NCBI GenBank assembly: GCA_964016885.1
Contig: OZ024750.1
Span: 33,790,001 to 33,854,000, forward strand
Origin: Eledone cirrhosa
Lineage: Eukaryota
Length of the DNA stretch: 64,000 bases
Reading direction: 5' to 3'
Below, in pieces: positions 25,047 to 39,749 of this stretch; positions within the stretch are counted from its first letter, which is position 1, and each line of letters begins with the position of its first letter. Under the pieces are notes generated by a model. The model worked only from the letters and a program-made list of their open reading frames with translations, was not told where the DNA came from and did no database searches. The translations under genes and the position numbers were made by a program.

Positions 25047-27842
25047 ACACTATATAGACACCATCTACCACACTATATAGTAGACACTACATCTACCACA
25101 CTATATAGTAGATACTACATCTACCACACTATATAGTAGTCACTACATCTACCACACTATAGAGTAGATACTACATCTACCACACTATATAGTAGATACT
25201 ACATCTACCACACTATATAGTAGTCACTACATCTACCACACTATAGAGTAGACACTACATCTACCACACTATATAGTAGATACTACATCTACCACACTAT
25301 ATAGTAGATACTACATCTACCACACTATATAGTAGTCACTACATCTACCACACTGTATAGTAGATACATCTACCACACTATATAGTAGACACTACATCTA
25401 CCACACTATATAGTAGAGACTACATCTACCATACTATATAGTAGACACTACATCTACCACACTATATAGTAGACACTACATCTACCACACTATATAGTAG
25501 ACACTACATCTACCACACTATATAGTAGACACTACATCTACCACACTATATAGTAGTCACTACATCTACCACACTGTATAGTAGATACATCTACCACACT
25601 ATATAGTAGACACTACATCTACCACACTATATAGTAGACACTACATCTACCACACTATATAGTAGAGACTACATCTACCATACTATATAGTAGACACTAC
25701 ATCTACCACACTATATAGTAGACACTACATCTACCACACTATATAGTAGACACTACATCTACCACACTATATAGTAGACACTACATCTACCACACTATAT
25801 AGTAGACACTACATCTACCACACTATATAGTAGTCACTACATCTACCATACTATATAGTAGTCACTACATCTACCACACTATATAGTAGATACTACATCT
25901 ACCACACTATAGAGTAGACACTACATCTACCACACTATATAGTAGACACTACATCTACCACACTATATAGTAGACACTCCATCTACCACACTATATAGTA
26001 GACACTCCATCTACCACATTATATAGTAGACACTCCATCTACCACATTATATAGTAGACACTACATCTACCACATTATATAGTAGACACTACATCTACCA
26101 CATTATATAGTAGACACTACATCTACCACACTATATAGTAGACACTACATCTACCACACTATATAGTAGACACTACATCCACCACACTATATAGTAGACA
26201 CTACATCCACCACACTATATAGTAGTCACTACATCTACCAAACTTTATAGTAGACACTATATCTACCACACTATATAGTAGACACTACATCTACCACACT
26301 ATATAGTAGACACTACATCCACCACACTATATAGTAGACACTACATCCACCACACTATATAGTAGTCACTACATCTACCAAACTTTATAGTAGACACTAT
26401 ATCTACCACACTATATAGTAGACACTCCATCTACCACACTATATAGTAGACACTACATCTACCACACTGTATAGTAGACACTACATCTACCACACTATAT
26501 AGTAGACACTACATCTACCACACTATATAGTAGAGACTACATCTACCACACTATATAGTAGTCACTACATCTACCATACTATATAGTAGTCACTACATCT
26601 ACCACACTATATAGTAGATACTACATCTACCACACTATAGAGTAGACACTACATCTACCACACTATATAGTAGACACTACATCTACCACACTATATAGTA
26701 GACACTACATCTACCACACTATATAGTAGACACTACATCTACCACACTATATAGTAGACACTACATCTACCACACTATATAGTAGACACTACATCTACCA
26801 CACTATAGAGTAGATACTACATCTACCACACTGTATAGTAGATACTACATCTACCACACTATAGAATAGATACTACAACTACCACACTATATAGTAGACA
26901 CTACATCTACCACACTATATAGTAGACACTACATCCACCACACTATATAGTAGACACTACATCTACCACACTATATAGTAGACACTACATCCACCACACT
27001 ATATAGTAGACACTACATCTACCACACTATATAGTAGACACTACATCCACCACACTATATAGTAGTCACTACATCCACCACACTATATAGTAGACACTAC
27101 ATCCACCACACTATATAGTAGACACTACATCTACCACACTATATAGTAGTCACTACATCTACCATACTATATAGTAGTCACTACATCTACCACACTGTAT
27201 AGTAGATACTACATCTACCACACTATAGAATAGATACTACAACTACCACACTATATAGTAGACACTACATCCACCACACTATATAGTAGATACTACATCT
27301 ACCACACTATACAGTAGACACTACATCTACCACACTATATAGTAGACACTACATCCACCACACTATATAGTAGACACTACATCTACCACACTATATAGTA
27401 GACACTACATCCACCACACTATATAGTAGTCACTACATCTACCACACTATATAGTAGATACATCTACCACACTATATAGTAGACACTACATCTACCACAC
27501 TATATAGTAGACACTACATCCACCACACTATATAGTAGTCACTACATCTACCACACTATATAGTAGATACATCTACCACACTATATAGTAGATACTACAT
27601 CTACCACACTATACAGTAGACACTACATCTACCACACTGTATAGTAGATACATCTACCACACTATATAGTAGATACTACATCTACCACACTATATAGTAG
27701 AGACTACATCTACCATACTATATAGTAGATACTACATCTACCACACTATGTAGATACTACATCTACCACACTATATAGTAGATACATCTACCACACTATG
27801 TAGATACTACATCTACCACACTACATCTACCACACTATAGTA
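25047..27842. repeat. 28-bp satellite (~100 copies)
   Basis: Unit CCACACTATATAGTAGACACTACATCTA. Confidence 0.97.
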
Positions 27843-28879
27843 AATACAGACACTAAGTACAGGCAGTTATTGTGGTGTTGTGGTGATGGTGGTGGTGGTA
27901 ATGATTATCTTTTCAAGGTCATCAATTACTATACAATAGAAATAATGATTAACCCCTTTAATTACCAAACCACCTCTATTAAAATATTCAAATTTAAATT
28001 CAAACCTTGAACTAAAATCTCATTATTACATTAACAGATAATATTAAACTCCAGAAGTTAAATATTTATATTACATTCTTCAGCTAAAAATTAGTTTATT
28101 TTATTAAACCTTTCTTGATTATTTCTAGAATCAAAACAACAATATATTGTTGTTAGAAATATGATCTGTGAAAGGTTTAAAGTACCCAAAATATTAGTGT
28201 TTCAAATAAGAGTAAAACAATTGTTTCTACTTTTGGCACAAGGCCAGCAATTACTCCAGTGCATTACTGGTACTTTATTTTATCGACCCTGTAAGGATGA
28301 AAGGCAAAATTAACCTCGGCAGGATTTGAACTCAGCATATAAAGGGCCATAACTCTATACTACAAAGCGTGGTGTCCGATGCTCGACCAATACTGCCAAT
28401 GGTAATGAAGTGATGAAAAGACAATGCTGTAAATCTTAACTTCAACAAATCAACTATAAATAACAACTGGTCAATACATTTGAATATCTCTGTATGGAAT
28501 TACATATTGATAGTCAGCAGTGCTGGAACCAGGAAAACCACAAATCAAAGAAGTACTCAATACATGGTATGACACAGAGTGGATATATTAGTGAAAATAG
28601 AAGATCTACAGTGAACTCAGCAGTTTTTGCTAGTTCTATATGGAATTATTCAAGCAGGAAGCTTGTTCATCAGTTTATTTTAATGTTAATCAATTAGAAC
28701 ATCCTGTTAGAGTAAATAAATAATTAAAAAATGTGTCATAATTACTGCTAATTGCCATTTTTTACTGTGAAAATAAGAATTTCTAATATTGACATGGGTG
28801 TCTCTTAACGATTAGTCAATGACTTACATTGTGACAACATTAATTAAACTGAATAATTAAAGAATTTAAAGATATATAT

Positions 28880-29066
28880 ATCATCATTTCATTTTACGTC
28901 CGCTTTTTCCCTGCTTGCAAGGGTGGGATGGGAACTGATGCTGGCTTGATTTCTACAGCTGGATGCCCTTCCTAACAGGGACCCCAGTCCCTATCATCTC
29001 ATTTCTACAGCTGAGTAAACTGGAGCAGTGTGAAATAAAGTGTCTTGCTCAAGGAAACAACACATC
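28880..29066 (-). mobile_element. SINE family A, headless and internally deleted
   Basis: CCTAACA joined directly to GGGACCCCAG; module absent. Confidence 0.8.
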
Positions 29067-29078
29067 ATATATATAAAG

Positions 29079-29136
<58 letters not shown>

Positions 29137-29295
29137 AGAGAGATAGGGGAGATGGAGGGAAAGAGATATAGAGAGAGGGAGGAGAGAGAGAGAGGGAGGA
29201 GAGAGATAGATGGAGAGAGAGAGATTGAGAGATGGAGGAGGAAGAGAGATATATATATAGAGAGAGAGAGAGACTGTATATATATATTATCTTAC

Positions 29296-29526
29296 CTAAG
29301 TAATCCCGGCAAATGTCCAAATTAGCCAGATCCGGGTCGTTAAAGGTTTCTCGACAAAACATGATGCGTCCATTCCGGGTTTTCATCATAATGCCGCCAC
29401 AAGCAGCAACAAAAACATTTTTGAAAAATTTCTCCTTAACATTTTCGCACCGCCTTGATACTGCGCGGTAGCGACAGTAAACAGAAAAACTGACTATTTT
29501 TATCTCGGTACCCAATGGCTTGGTAT
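29296..29526 (-). CDS. ARID5B: ARID5-like exon B (BAH-region)
   Basis: tttcag|AT...TTAG|gtaag; 231 nt, phase 1-1; IVSFSVYCRYRAVSRR...GGI...RIMFCRETFNDPDL matches ARID5B YCRYR...GGI...YCRDTFDHP. Confidence 0.93.
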
Positions 29527-29754
29527 CTGAAAAAGGGGGAGGGAAAAAAAGGGGGAAAAAAAATTGGATAAATTTTTTTAAATGTGTGCAAGAGAAATAT
29601 TTCAAAAGTTAACATATTGTGACAGTGCCCCAGTATGGCCTCATCCCCTCAGCTGGAACACACATAAATAAATAAATAAATATTGATCAGGTAATATTAT
29701 AACTTTAACAGTTTTTAATTAAACTATATTTATGCTATGTGTATTTACTATAAC

Positions 29755-30335
29755 CTGGGATGATCACGTATCCCACCACAATTCCTGGTCTAAAACCTTC
29801 CTTCAGAGCAGTGGAGGGTTCTTTCAGCACAGTGGAGGGTTCCTTCAGAGCAGTGGAGGGTTCCTTCAGAGCAATGGAGGGTTCTTTCAGCACAGTGGAG
29901 GGTTCTTTCAGCACAGTGGAGGGTTCCTTCAGCACAGTGGAGGGTTCTTTCAGCACAGTGGAGGGTTCCTTCAGCACAGTGGAGGGTTCCTTCAGAGCAG
30001 TGGAGGGTTCCTTCAGAGCAATGGAGGGTTCCTTCAGCACAGTGGAGGGTTCCTTCAGCACAGTGGAGGGTTCCTTCAGAGCAATGGAGGGTTCCTTCAG
30101 CACAGTGGAGGGTTCCTTCAGAGCACTGGAGGGTTCCTTCAGAGCACTGGAGGGTTCCTTCAGAGCAATGGAGGGTTCCTTCAGCACAGTGGAGGGTTCC
30201 TTCAGAGCAGTGGAGGGAGGGTGAAGAAGAGGTAGACAAAGGGGTCTGACAAAACAAAGACTGGACGGGACTGGGCTGGTCACAACACCAAGACCCTTCT
30301 ACGCATGACGAAGAATAGAGACCAGTGGCACATCT
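29755..30335 (+). mobile_element. RTE-like LINE 3' fragment with internal 21-bp minisatellite (~20 copies, 29798-30216)
   Basis: Flanks read W..HVSHHNSWSKTFLQ / TVEGG*RRGRQ..DWTGL; unit TTCCTTCAGCACAGTGGAGGG. Confidence 0.7.
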
Positions 30336-30628
30336 AGAGTGGCACTCCAACAACTGGCGGTACCAGTGGCAACCAACAACTGGCGGTATCAGTGGCACAT
30401 CTAGAGTGGCACTCTAACCACTGGCGGTACCATTGGCACATCTAGAGTGGCACTCTAACCATTGGCTGTACCAGTGGCACTCCAACAGGCTGCATTAGTG
30501 ACACTCCAACAGGCTACACCAGTGGCACTCCAACACCAGGCTGCACCAGTGACACTCCAACACCAGGCTGCACCAGTGACACTCCAACACCAGGCTGCAC
30601 CAGTGACACTCCAACAGGCTGCACCAGT
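30322..30628. repeat. Composite 24-40-bp minisatellite
   Basis: CAGTGGCACATCTAGAGTGGCACTC units grading into CAGTGACACTCCAACACCAGGCTGCAC. Confidence 0.85.
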
Positions 30629-31563
30629 TGTAGGAACATGGTGTCTATTTACACCAATTCACAGCACTTGAGTTCTTAATAAATTATTATTTAGGCATTT
30701 TTATTATTTTCATTTAATCAATGTTCTTTCAAGAATGGGGAAAAACAAACAACCTTTTTTTTTTTACATTTCTACCTGAATTATCGTTGACTAACCCTTC
30801 CAATACCAACCCAACCACAAAGTCACCTATTTTAAAGGGTTCTTATTTTGATTTAAATTTTCTAACATAATTTTATATAAAAACCATGTTAACCCTTTAG
30901 CATTTACATTACTCTATATTTACTAATATATTTTCATGGTAAAGGCTTTATCTCACATAATTCTATGTACTATACATGCACCTTTGATGAGTTGTAGTGC
31001 ACCTGAGCACTGTACACAATAATTTCATTATTATAATATCAAATCTACAAGATTTCATATTTATTTTGAGAACAATATCTTAACATTAGTATGAGTCGCC
31101 AGTTATGGCTGGTTTGAACAGAAAGAGGTGAGATAGTTCTGGCTGGATACAACCAGTTTAAATGCTAAAGGGTTAAAGGGTTTTTATTTAAATTAAAATT
31201 TTCTAATATATAATTAGTAAACCCACTAAAATTCTTTATTAATTGAAATAAAAGTTTATTTCTTTAGAGAAATATGGCCATGAAAGGATTAATAAACCAA
31301 CAGTAAGTTTGGCTACCTTATCAATATACTACGATTGAGCCATTGAAAGAGCCTCTATGTGATCGAACTTGCTAGAAATAGTAGTCAGATATCTCTCAAA
31401 TCACACCTTACCACCTTAGAAAAAGACACAGTGGATAAGATCCTAGGTTTCTTTCACATGAGAAGTATGATAATTATGGCTGGAACATCTTTGATGATAG
31501 TTTTGTTTGGACAGAACCTGCCTAGGGCTAAACAACAAACATTTGATTGTGCCTGTTTTAAAT

Positions 31564-31756
31564 GAGCTGAGCTAGAGTTAAACAACCACAACTTGATCAA
31601 AGGACTGCTTGGACAGAGCTGAGCTAGAGTTAAACAACCACAACTTGATCAAAGGACTGCTTGGACAGAGCTGAGCTAGAGTTAAACAACCCCAACTTGA
31701 TCAAAGGACTGCTTGGACAGAGCTGAGCTAGAGTTAAACAACCCCAACTTGATCAA
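31564..31756. repeat. 52-bp tandem repeat (~3.7 copies)
   Basis: GAGCTGAGCTAGAGTTAAACAACC at 31564, 31616, 31668, 31720. Confidence 0.92.
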
Positions 31757-31824
31757 CTGACCATCAATATATTTTTGTTAACATAATTACTAATCAGTGA
31801 ATTTTATAGAGCAGGACAGCCCAC

Positions 31825-32840
31825 TTCTACTTTTGGCACAAGGCCAGCAATTACCCAGTGCATTACTGGTACTTTATTTTATCGACCCCGTAAGGATGAA
31901 AGGCAAAGTTAACCTCAACGGGATTTGAACTCAGACCATAAAGGGCCGTAACTCTAAATAATTATTTCTAATGTAGGCACAAAGCCAGCAATTGTAGGAG
32001 AGGAGAAAGTTGATTAAATTGACCCCAGAGCATTACTGGTCCTTTTTTTTATCAATCCTCAAAATGATGAAAGGCATAGTTAACCTCAACAGGATTTGAA
32101 TTCCGAACACAAAGGGCCATAACTCTATGCTGCAAAGCATGTTATGCGACACTCTACCAATTCTGTCAATCCATCTAAATAATGCTTTCCAATTTAGGCA
32201 AAAAGCCAGCAATTTTTGTGTTGGGGAAAGTCTATTAAACTGACCCATCAACACCCACCCTACTGAGAGGATGAAAGGCAGAGCTAAATTCAGCAGGATT
32301 TGAACTCAGAATGTAAAGGCTTATAACTATACTGCAAAGCATGTTGTCCGACGCTCTACCAATTTCGCCAATTGATCGCCTTCTAAATAAGATCATCTAA
32401 ATAATTGTTTCTACGTTTGGCACAAGGCCAGCAATTACCCAGTGCATTACTGGTACTTTACTGGTAGACCACGCACTAATGTAGCATGAATGCATACATA
32501 CATACATGCATACATATATACATACATTCATACATATACGTTCATACATACATACATACATACATACATACATACAGACAGACATACAAGCATATATATA
32601 TATATATATATATATAATTGTTTCTACTTTTGGCACAAGGCCAGCAATTATCCCAGTGTATTACTAGTACTTTATTTTATCGATCCCGTAAGGATGAAAG
32701 GCAAAGTTAACCTCAGCGGGATTTGAACTCAGAATGGAAAGGGCTGTAACTCTTTGCATCAAAGCATGGCGTCCGACAATGCTTTCCAATTTAGGCACAA
32801 GTGTGGGAGAGGATTAAGTTGATTAAATTGACTCCCCAGT
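31825..32840 (-). mobile_element. Head-to-tail pile of SINE B copies
   Basis: Tails recur at ~31825, 31960, 32180, 32400, 32615, 32780, all in the same orientation. Confidence 0.82.
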
Positions 32841-34364
32841 ACATTTCTTTATGACAAGTTATACATTGTAAACTTGAATTACACTTCAAGTTCAACAGGA
32901 ATACCACCACCCTCTACATACAAACAGCATCAATATTAAAATCTAATTTAGTTTTCTACTGATCAAAACCAGATACTACTAGGAAGATTATTTTAACATC
33001 TTAGTTTTGTTCCTTCTGCAGCTAATTTAATGAAACCCTTTTAAAGTTACCTTTAAAAAGTAACAGGTAATTACAATACACTGTTCATTGTTATGAGAAT
33101 AATGTGATAAAAATAGAAAGAAGATTAGGTTTGTTTACATCATTAATGAAAGGTAGGTGTTATGACATGTCATAGTGTGAAGGGGTTAAGACTTGTTAGA
33201 ATGAAGGGACTTTAACTTAACTTCTACTGTTTCAGTAATGAAAGGTAGGGGTTAAGATATGTCATAGTGTGAAGGGGTTAAGTACTGTTTCAGTAATGAA
33301 AGGTAGAGCTTAAGATGTGTCAGTGTGTGAAGGTCTTAGGACATGTCATAGTGTGAAGGGACTTTAACTTAAGTTGTATTATGTATTTTAGTCTTTACTA
33401 CCTCCTCTGACAATTATAAACAACTCAGCACTTCATTTAACACATAATATAAAGCGCAAATGACCATAGATTTTACACCTAGAAAGTTCCCCCCCCCCCA
33501 AAGCACAAGCCAGGGCAAGGTGTTTTTGTGGAAGACCAGCAGGGAAAGAGTTAAGTGCAAGTCTGTCAACACATGTGGAAAAAACGCGCGTGTGTGTGTG
33601 TGTGTGTTTCTGTATGTCCTACGGAAGACCAGAGCTACAACTAGTATTTATAAATTAATACTCAAATCATTTAACTCCTTATATCTATATTTAACTGTTG
33701 CTCAAATCAGAAAATATTCTTATATGCAGCCCCTAATACCTTCAAATTCCTAATTCACTTAAAATTAGTTTATATACTTTAGAATTAGATTTTTTAAAAA
33801 AACCCAAATGTTCATAGAATTTGTGGTAGAGCTTGTAGCAGTGGAGACTTCTGGTGTTCTTAGAACCTGCTCATTACTCTCAGAGTGGAGTTGGCAATCC
33901 ACAGGTGCAAGCCCTGCAAAGTGAAGTGGCTGTTCTAGCACATCTCCCTCACGGTCTTCCAGGGTAATGTATTCTCCATCCTGCCAGCCGGGAGCAAGCG
34001 ATGGAGGGTTAGTTAGAAGATTCCTGGTATTAATAAATTTCTAATGTTAATTTAACCACCCTCCCAAAATGTTCCTATAATTCCTGGTATTAATAAATTT
34101 CTAATGTTAGTTATATATATTATATATATTATTGTATTTTCATGGTAAACATGTGATCTCACATAATATCAAATTTGAGATTTTGACATTTATTTTGAGA
34201 ACAATACCTTAACATAAGTATGAGCAACCGGGTATGGCCAGTTTGAACAGAAAGAGGTGAGAGAGGTGAAAGAATTCTGGCCGGATACAGCCAGTTTAAA
34301 TGTTAAAGGATTAAAAAGATTTTCAATAAAATTAAGTGAAGAAAAAAACAACAGAACAACTCAC

Positions 34365-34581
34365 CATAAAATTTGCGTTCCTTTTTAATTTCATTAAATT
34401 TTATATTATGGTTGATATCTGAAAGTTCTTTTTGAAGCATTTTCACAGATTCTAAGCCTGAAAGTACATCGTCTTCACACACACCAGGAGATCCAAATGT
34501 CCAGCTGACATTGTGAACAATAAGTTTCACGAGATCTTGTAGTCTCAGCACCAATTTTTCAGACAGAGCAAATACTTCATC
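34365..34581 (-). CDS. ARID5B: ARID5-like exon A (BAH-region), first exon found in window
   Basis: tttttag|GAT...TATG|gtgagt; 217 nt, phase 0-1; DEVFALSEKLVLRLQDLVKLI resembles ARID5B DEVIAVSEKVIVKLEDLVKW (recalled sequence). Confidence 0.9.
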
Positions 34582-35137
34582 CTAAAAAAAGAAACAAAAT
34601 ATATATAAATATATACTCATAAATATATATAAATATATAAGTAAAAAATATGTGTATTTTGAACAATGAAAATAAAACAAAAGTCAGATATGGGTTGTTT
34701 TGATCATGGTAAATCAGAGGGTTGATTGATCATGGTAAATGGAGTGATCAAACCCCCGGTAGTGGTGTTATGTCTACATCACCACATATTTCCACTGCCG
34801 ATATCTGAAATAAATTACACCATATGTATGTGTGTGTGTGTGTGTGTACACACACACACACATACATACATATGGTGTAACTGATCTCAGGCACACACAC
34901 ACATATATATAAATATATATATTTAAATGGTTGAAGATGATGATTATATATATATATATATATAAAAGTATAGTACCAGGAAAAAAACAGGAATAACTAA
35001 GCAGAAAGAATTGGTCAGAAGGAGAAATTTATTGAGAGTTCCTTCACTTATGTTTGTGTACAATATCCGTCTAAAAGCGACAAATGCAAGTTCCATGCTC
35101 AATCGCATGGATTTTATTTTATTTTTATTTTATTTTT

Positions 35138-35506
35138 TTACATCCGCTTTTCCCTGCTTGCAAGGGTGGGACGGGAACTGATTCTGGCTTGATTTCTACA
35201 GCTGGATGCCCTTCCTAACACCAACCTCATTTACAGTGAGTACTGGGTGCTTTTTTTCCGTGGCGCCTACACGTCCACTTTACAGTGTGGGCTGGGTGCT
35301 TTTTTGCCGTGGCACCTCCACGACCACTTTGCAGTGGAATGATAGGGACCCCAGTCCCTATCATCTCATTTCTACAGCTGAATAAACTGGAGCAATGTGA
35401 AATAAAGTGTCTTGCTCAAGGAAACAACACATCACCTGGTCTGAGAATTGAACTCACAACCTTTCGGTTGTAAGGCCAGTTCTCTAACCACTAAGCCATG
35501 TGCCTT
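35138..35506 (-). mobile_element. SINE family A, two modules
   Basis: Homology to other copies. Confidence 0.86.
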
Positions 35507-36204
35507 CTTATATAAAATTTTGTACTTCATCAGAAAGATGTTTATAGTCCAACGCAAAGTCACTGCAATAAATATCACTTACTGCTAACTGCTCTGAGGT
35601 ATAATCCACAGGCATACATTTAGATAAAGCAGTGGAGTGGAGATTTTATTTATATTCATGTAATGGTTATAAAAGTGAAACATTTAGGAAATAATAAAAA
35701 GCAATGAAATCCAAAATAGATTTTTGTGTCAAGAACTTGTAATTGGTAATTATTATTAGAAATGACAACTCAGTTCTAGTGACTATATTAACAGTTTAAA
35801 ATGAATAGTCACGTGGAAATCATTGAACAGCTGTTTTTAATCAAATAAATACTGGAACTTACTGGCAATATGTTGTGATACAAAACACCCACACACCTGT
35901 ACAGGTGTTGTGATACAAGTAAATGCAATGAGAGACTGGAGGCTAGAGTGTTGGTACGGTCGGGATCATGGGTTAGGGTCAAGAGTCAGAGTTAGGATTT
36001 GGATAAGACCATTCAGTCAGGATGGGCAATGTGGCAACCTCCTGAATGTTGGTGCCACGTTAAAATGCACCCAGTACACTCTGTAAAGTAGTAGTGGTGG
36101 TGTCACAAAAAAAAAAGTACATCCAGTACTCCCTGTAAAGTAGTTGGCATCAGGAAGGACAACCAATCTAAGAAACCATGCTATATATAGAAAATATAAA
36201 CTAG

Positions 36205-36682
36205 ACAGGTCACTGACCCATCTGGTGTCAGACTGTGACGGCTTGTCCAACCCATGCCAGTAAAAAGGTCACTCCGACCCAACGGGTGTCAGACCATGAC
36301 AGCTCGTCCAACCCATGCCAGTATAAAGGTCACTCCGACCCAGCTGGTGTCGGACCATAACAGTGTGAAGGTCACTGACCCATCTGGTCCAACCCATGCC
36401 AGCATAAAGGTCATTCTGACCCATCTGGTGTCAGACCTTGACAGCTCATCCAACCCATGCCAGTACAAAGGTCACTCCGACCCATCTGGTGTCAGACCTT
36501 GACATCGTCCAACCCATGCCAGTATAAAGGTCACTCCGACCCATCTTGTGCCAGACCATGCCAGTATAAAGGTCACTCTGACCCATCTGGTGTCGGACCA
36601 TGACATGACAGTGTGAAGGTCACTCCGACCCATCTGGTGTCGGACCATGACAGTGTGAAGGTCACTCCGACCCATCTGGTAG
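36205..36682 (+). repeat. Tandem expansion of a SINE 3' segment
   Basis: Repeated AGGTCACTCCGACCCATCTGGTGTC...CCAACCCATGCCAG after SINE body 36050-36180. Confidence 0.85.
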
Positions 36683-36992
36683 TGCTGATATCATGGTAAA
36701 ATATAGCTGGCACTTGCCATGGAGAGGATGTCATTGGGAAGAGCCTCCATAGCAAAATGCAACAATGAGACACAATCATCTAACCTGTCTAGCCTGAGAA
36801 CATGACAACCCATCAAACCCATGCAAACATGGAAAAAACATAAGAGATGATGATGATGTTTATTTCTAAGTAAACAATTACTCTAATCTTCCTGCTACAC
36901 TCCGTAATCAAGATGTGACACCAGACCTCAGTGTGCCAGATCTTTATATTCTAACATGGAGGAATGAGATTGGAACTTAAATATAAAAACAG

Positions 36993-37044
<52 letters not shown>

Positions 37045-37416
37045 GAGAGAGAGGAAAAAAAGAGAGAGGAAAAAAGAGAGAGAAAGAGAGAGAAAGAGAA
37101 AGAGGGAGAGCATCTGATACAAAATCACTGAAGGGTAGATCTTAATAAAGTAATCTAAAAAGAACACTTCACAAACATCTTTAGGGATATATAGATATAT
37201 ATGTGTGTGTATACATATATATATATGTGTGTGTGTATACATATATATATATGTGTGTGTATACATATATATATATATATATGTGTGTGTATACATATAT
37301 ATATATGTGTGTATACATATATATATATGTGTGTGTATACATATATATATATATGTGTGTGTATACATATATATATATATATGTGTGTGTATACATATAT
37401 ATATATATGTGTATAC

Positions 37417-37456
<40 letters not shown>

Positions 37457-37632
37457 ATACATATATATATATATGTGTGTGTATACATATGTATATGTAT
37501 GTATGTGTGTATGTATGTGTATGTATGTGTGTGTTTGTGTATATATATATATTTTTTTTATATATATTTTTATATATATATGTGTATGTAAAAGGTAAAC
37601 AGAAATAACATATATATATATATATACACATG

Positions 37633-37689
<57 letters not shown>

Positions 37690-39519
37690 ATATGTATGTA
37701 ATAAACTTTTCAATGAAAACAAAAGCAAGAGGCAAAGATGAGAATTATTTTCAAGATTATTTTAAAACCTTAGGCAGTGTCCAGTAACAAAATAGTTAAC
37801 TTTTATATTTGGTTTTATTTAGTCAACACTGAGTGGGTCTGTATCGTAATACTGTGGGTATTGGGTGGGTATTGGGTGGGTGTTGGGTGGTAAGACTGAT
37901 CTTGTGTGATATTGGGTGGCAATAGTGGGGGTATTGTGTGATAAAAACGGTCTCATGGCAGAAAATAAGGTTGAGTAACAGTGATCTAGACAATTTACCC
38001 AACCCCTCAACATAGAGTTGTATCTTCCTGTATCTCCCTCCTTGCTTAACTCTTTAGTATTCAAACTGGCCAAAATTCTCTACCTCTTTCTGTTGAAACT
38101 GGCTGTAACTGGTCACTCAAACTGATGTTAAGGTATTGTTCTCAAAATAAATACTTTCAAAATCTCATAGATTCGATATTATGTGAGATAATTATGTGAG
38201 GTAAAGCCATGAAAATATAATAGTATATATAGAGTAATGTGAATGCTTAAAGGGTTAAGTTTTATACTGACTCAACTGTCTCTGATCATAAGTCACAGAA
38301 CCTGGAAATATTATATACTTTAACTTGTGAACATCCTCTAATGATTCAGTAGAAAACATGTTCATTAATTCAAATGTTTATAGCATATTTTACTAGTGGA
38401 CAAGGTCATTGTAAAATGTGTAGCAGTCACAGTGCTGTTGTGTATTTTTCTAGAATTTGGTTTCAAATTGTAGCAAACTACAGTAAAGATAACCATTCTT
38501 AACGTGATACTGTTGTGTTATTCTAGAATTTGGTTTCATGTGGTGCAGGATGTTAAGAGTTTAACATATGTTTTACAATTAAGCTATAAGTAGCAAACCC
38601 AGCACTTATCAGCCCTTACATTCTTATTTAACCCCTTTTAATATTATATTTCTGATGAAATACACCACCTATGTTATTCAAATTAATTTTGTAAATAATC
38701 GACAATTTGAAGGAATTTAGTAAAATAATTAATTATTAAGTTGTCAGTTAGTACATAACTTAACAGATATTCTTCTAGGAAATTATTTTTGCTATTAACC
38801 CTTTAGTATTTACATTACTCTATATATACTAGTGTATTTTCGTAGTAACAGCTTTTTCTCATAATTATTTCACAAAATATTGAATCTATGAGATTTTGAT
38901 ATTATTTATTTTGAGAACAATACCTTAACATAAGTATGAGCGGCTGGTTACAGCCGGTTCGAACAGAAAGAGGTAAGAGAGATATGGGTGGTTTAAATAT
39001 AAATACTTTCAAACAAGAGGTTTGACATGACAGAGTTGGGAGAATTTTAAGTGGTTCGGTATTTTAATTACATTATTCTTACATTTAATTTCAAGTGTGA
39101 AATATATAATCTATTATTATACATACAAATGTTTATCTATTCAGAAGTTGCACATCCTGTATAGTATTGATTCATTTTAACCCTTTAGCTTTTAAACCGA
39201 CCATATCTAGCCAGATTTCTCTCACCACTTTCTGTTCAAACAGGCTGTAACCAGCCACTCATACTGATGTTAAGGTATTCTTCTTGAAATAAATAATATC
39301 AAAATCTCATAGATTCAATATTAAATGAGATAATTATGTAAGGTAAAGCCTTTACCATGAATATATAATTGTAAATATAGAATAATGTAAAGGACACAAC
39401 GCATCACTCAGCCCAGGAATTGAACTCACAACCTCACGAATATGTTCCAAACATTAGCTTAAACCTTTTGATATCAAACCACCTGAAACCACACCTGGTT
39501 CTATGATACAAAACTCCTT

Positions 39520-39715
39520 CTCCCACTTATTCCTGAGAGGGCCATGGGGGAGTGCTCAAACACTCCTTCCAGCAGGTCCTGTCAGAAGCAACTATTTCCA
39601 ACTGATCCGACTGGGTCCCCAAGCAAGACTAGCCAAGCACCAAGCTCATGGATGTTATCAAACCATCTACCCCTATGTCTCCTGCCAATTGGTTTTACCA
39701 GTAAAATCTGTCCAC
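39520..39715 (-). mobile_element. RTE-like LINE 3' fragment
   Basis: GRRHRGRWFDNIHEL peptide; homologous to 59275-59500 in opposite orientation. Confidence 0.6.
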
Positions 39716-39749
39716 TGATACAAAACTGATATCTAAAACTAATTAATCA

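Noticed and set aside
28630-28685. Minus-strand CTGATGA with CAAGC/GCTTG stem
   Set aside because: No GAAA after stem II and no stem I/III pairing
29732-30671. Overlapping repeat-protein ORFs
   Set aside because: Stop-free 21- and 27-bp minisatellites in a decayed LINE
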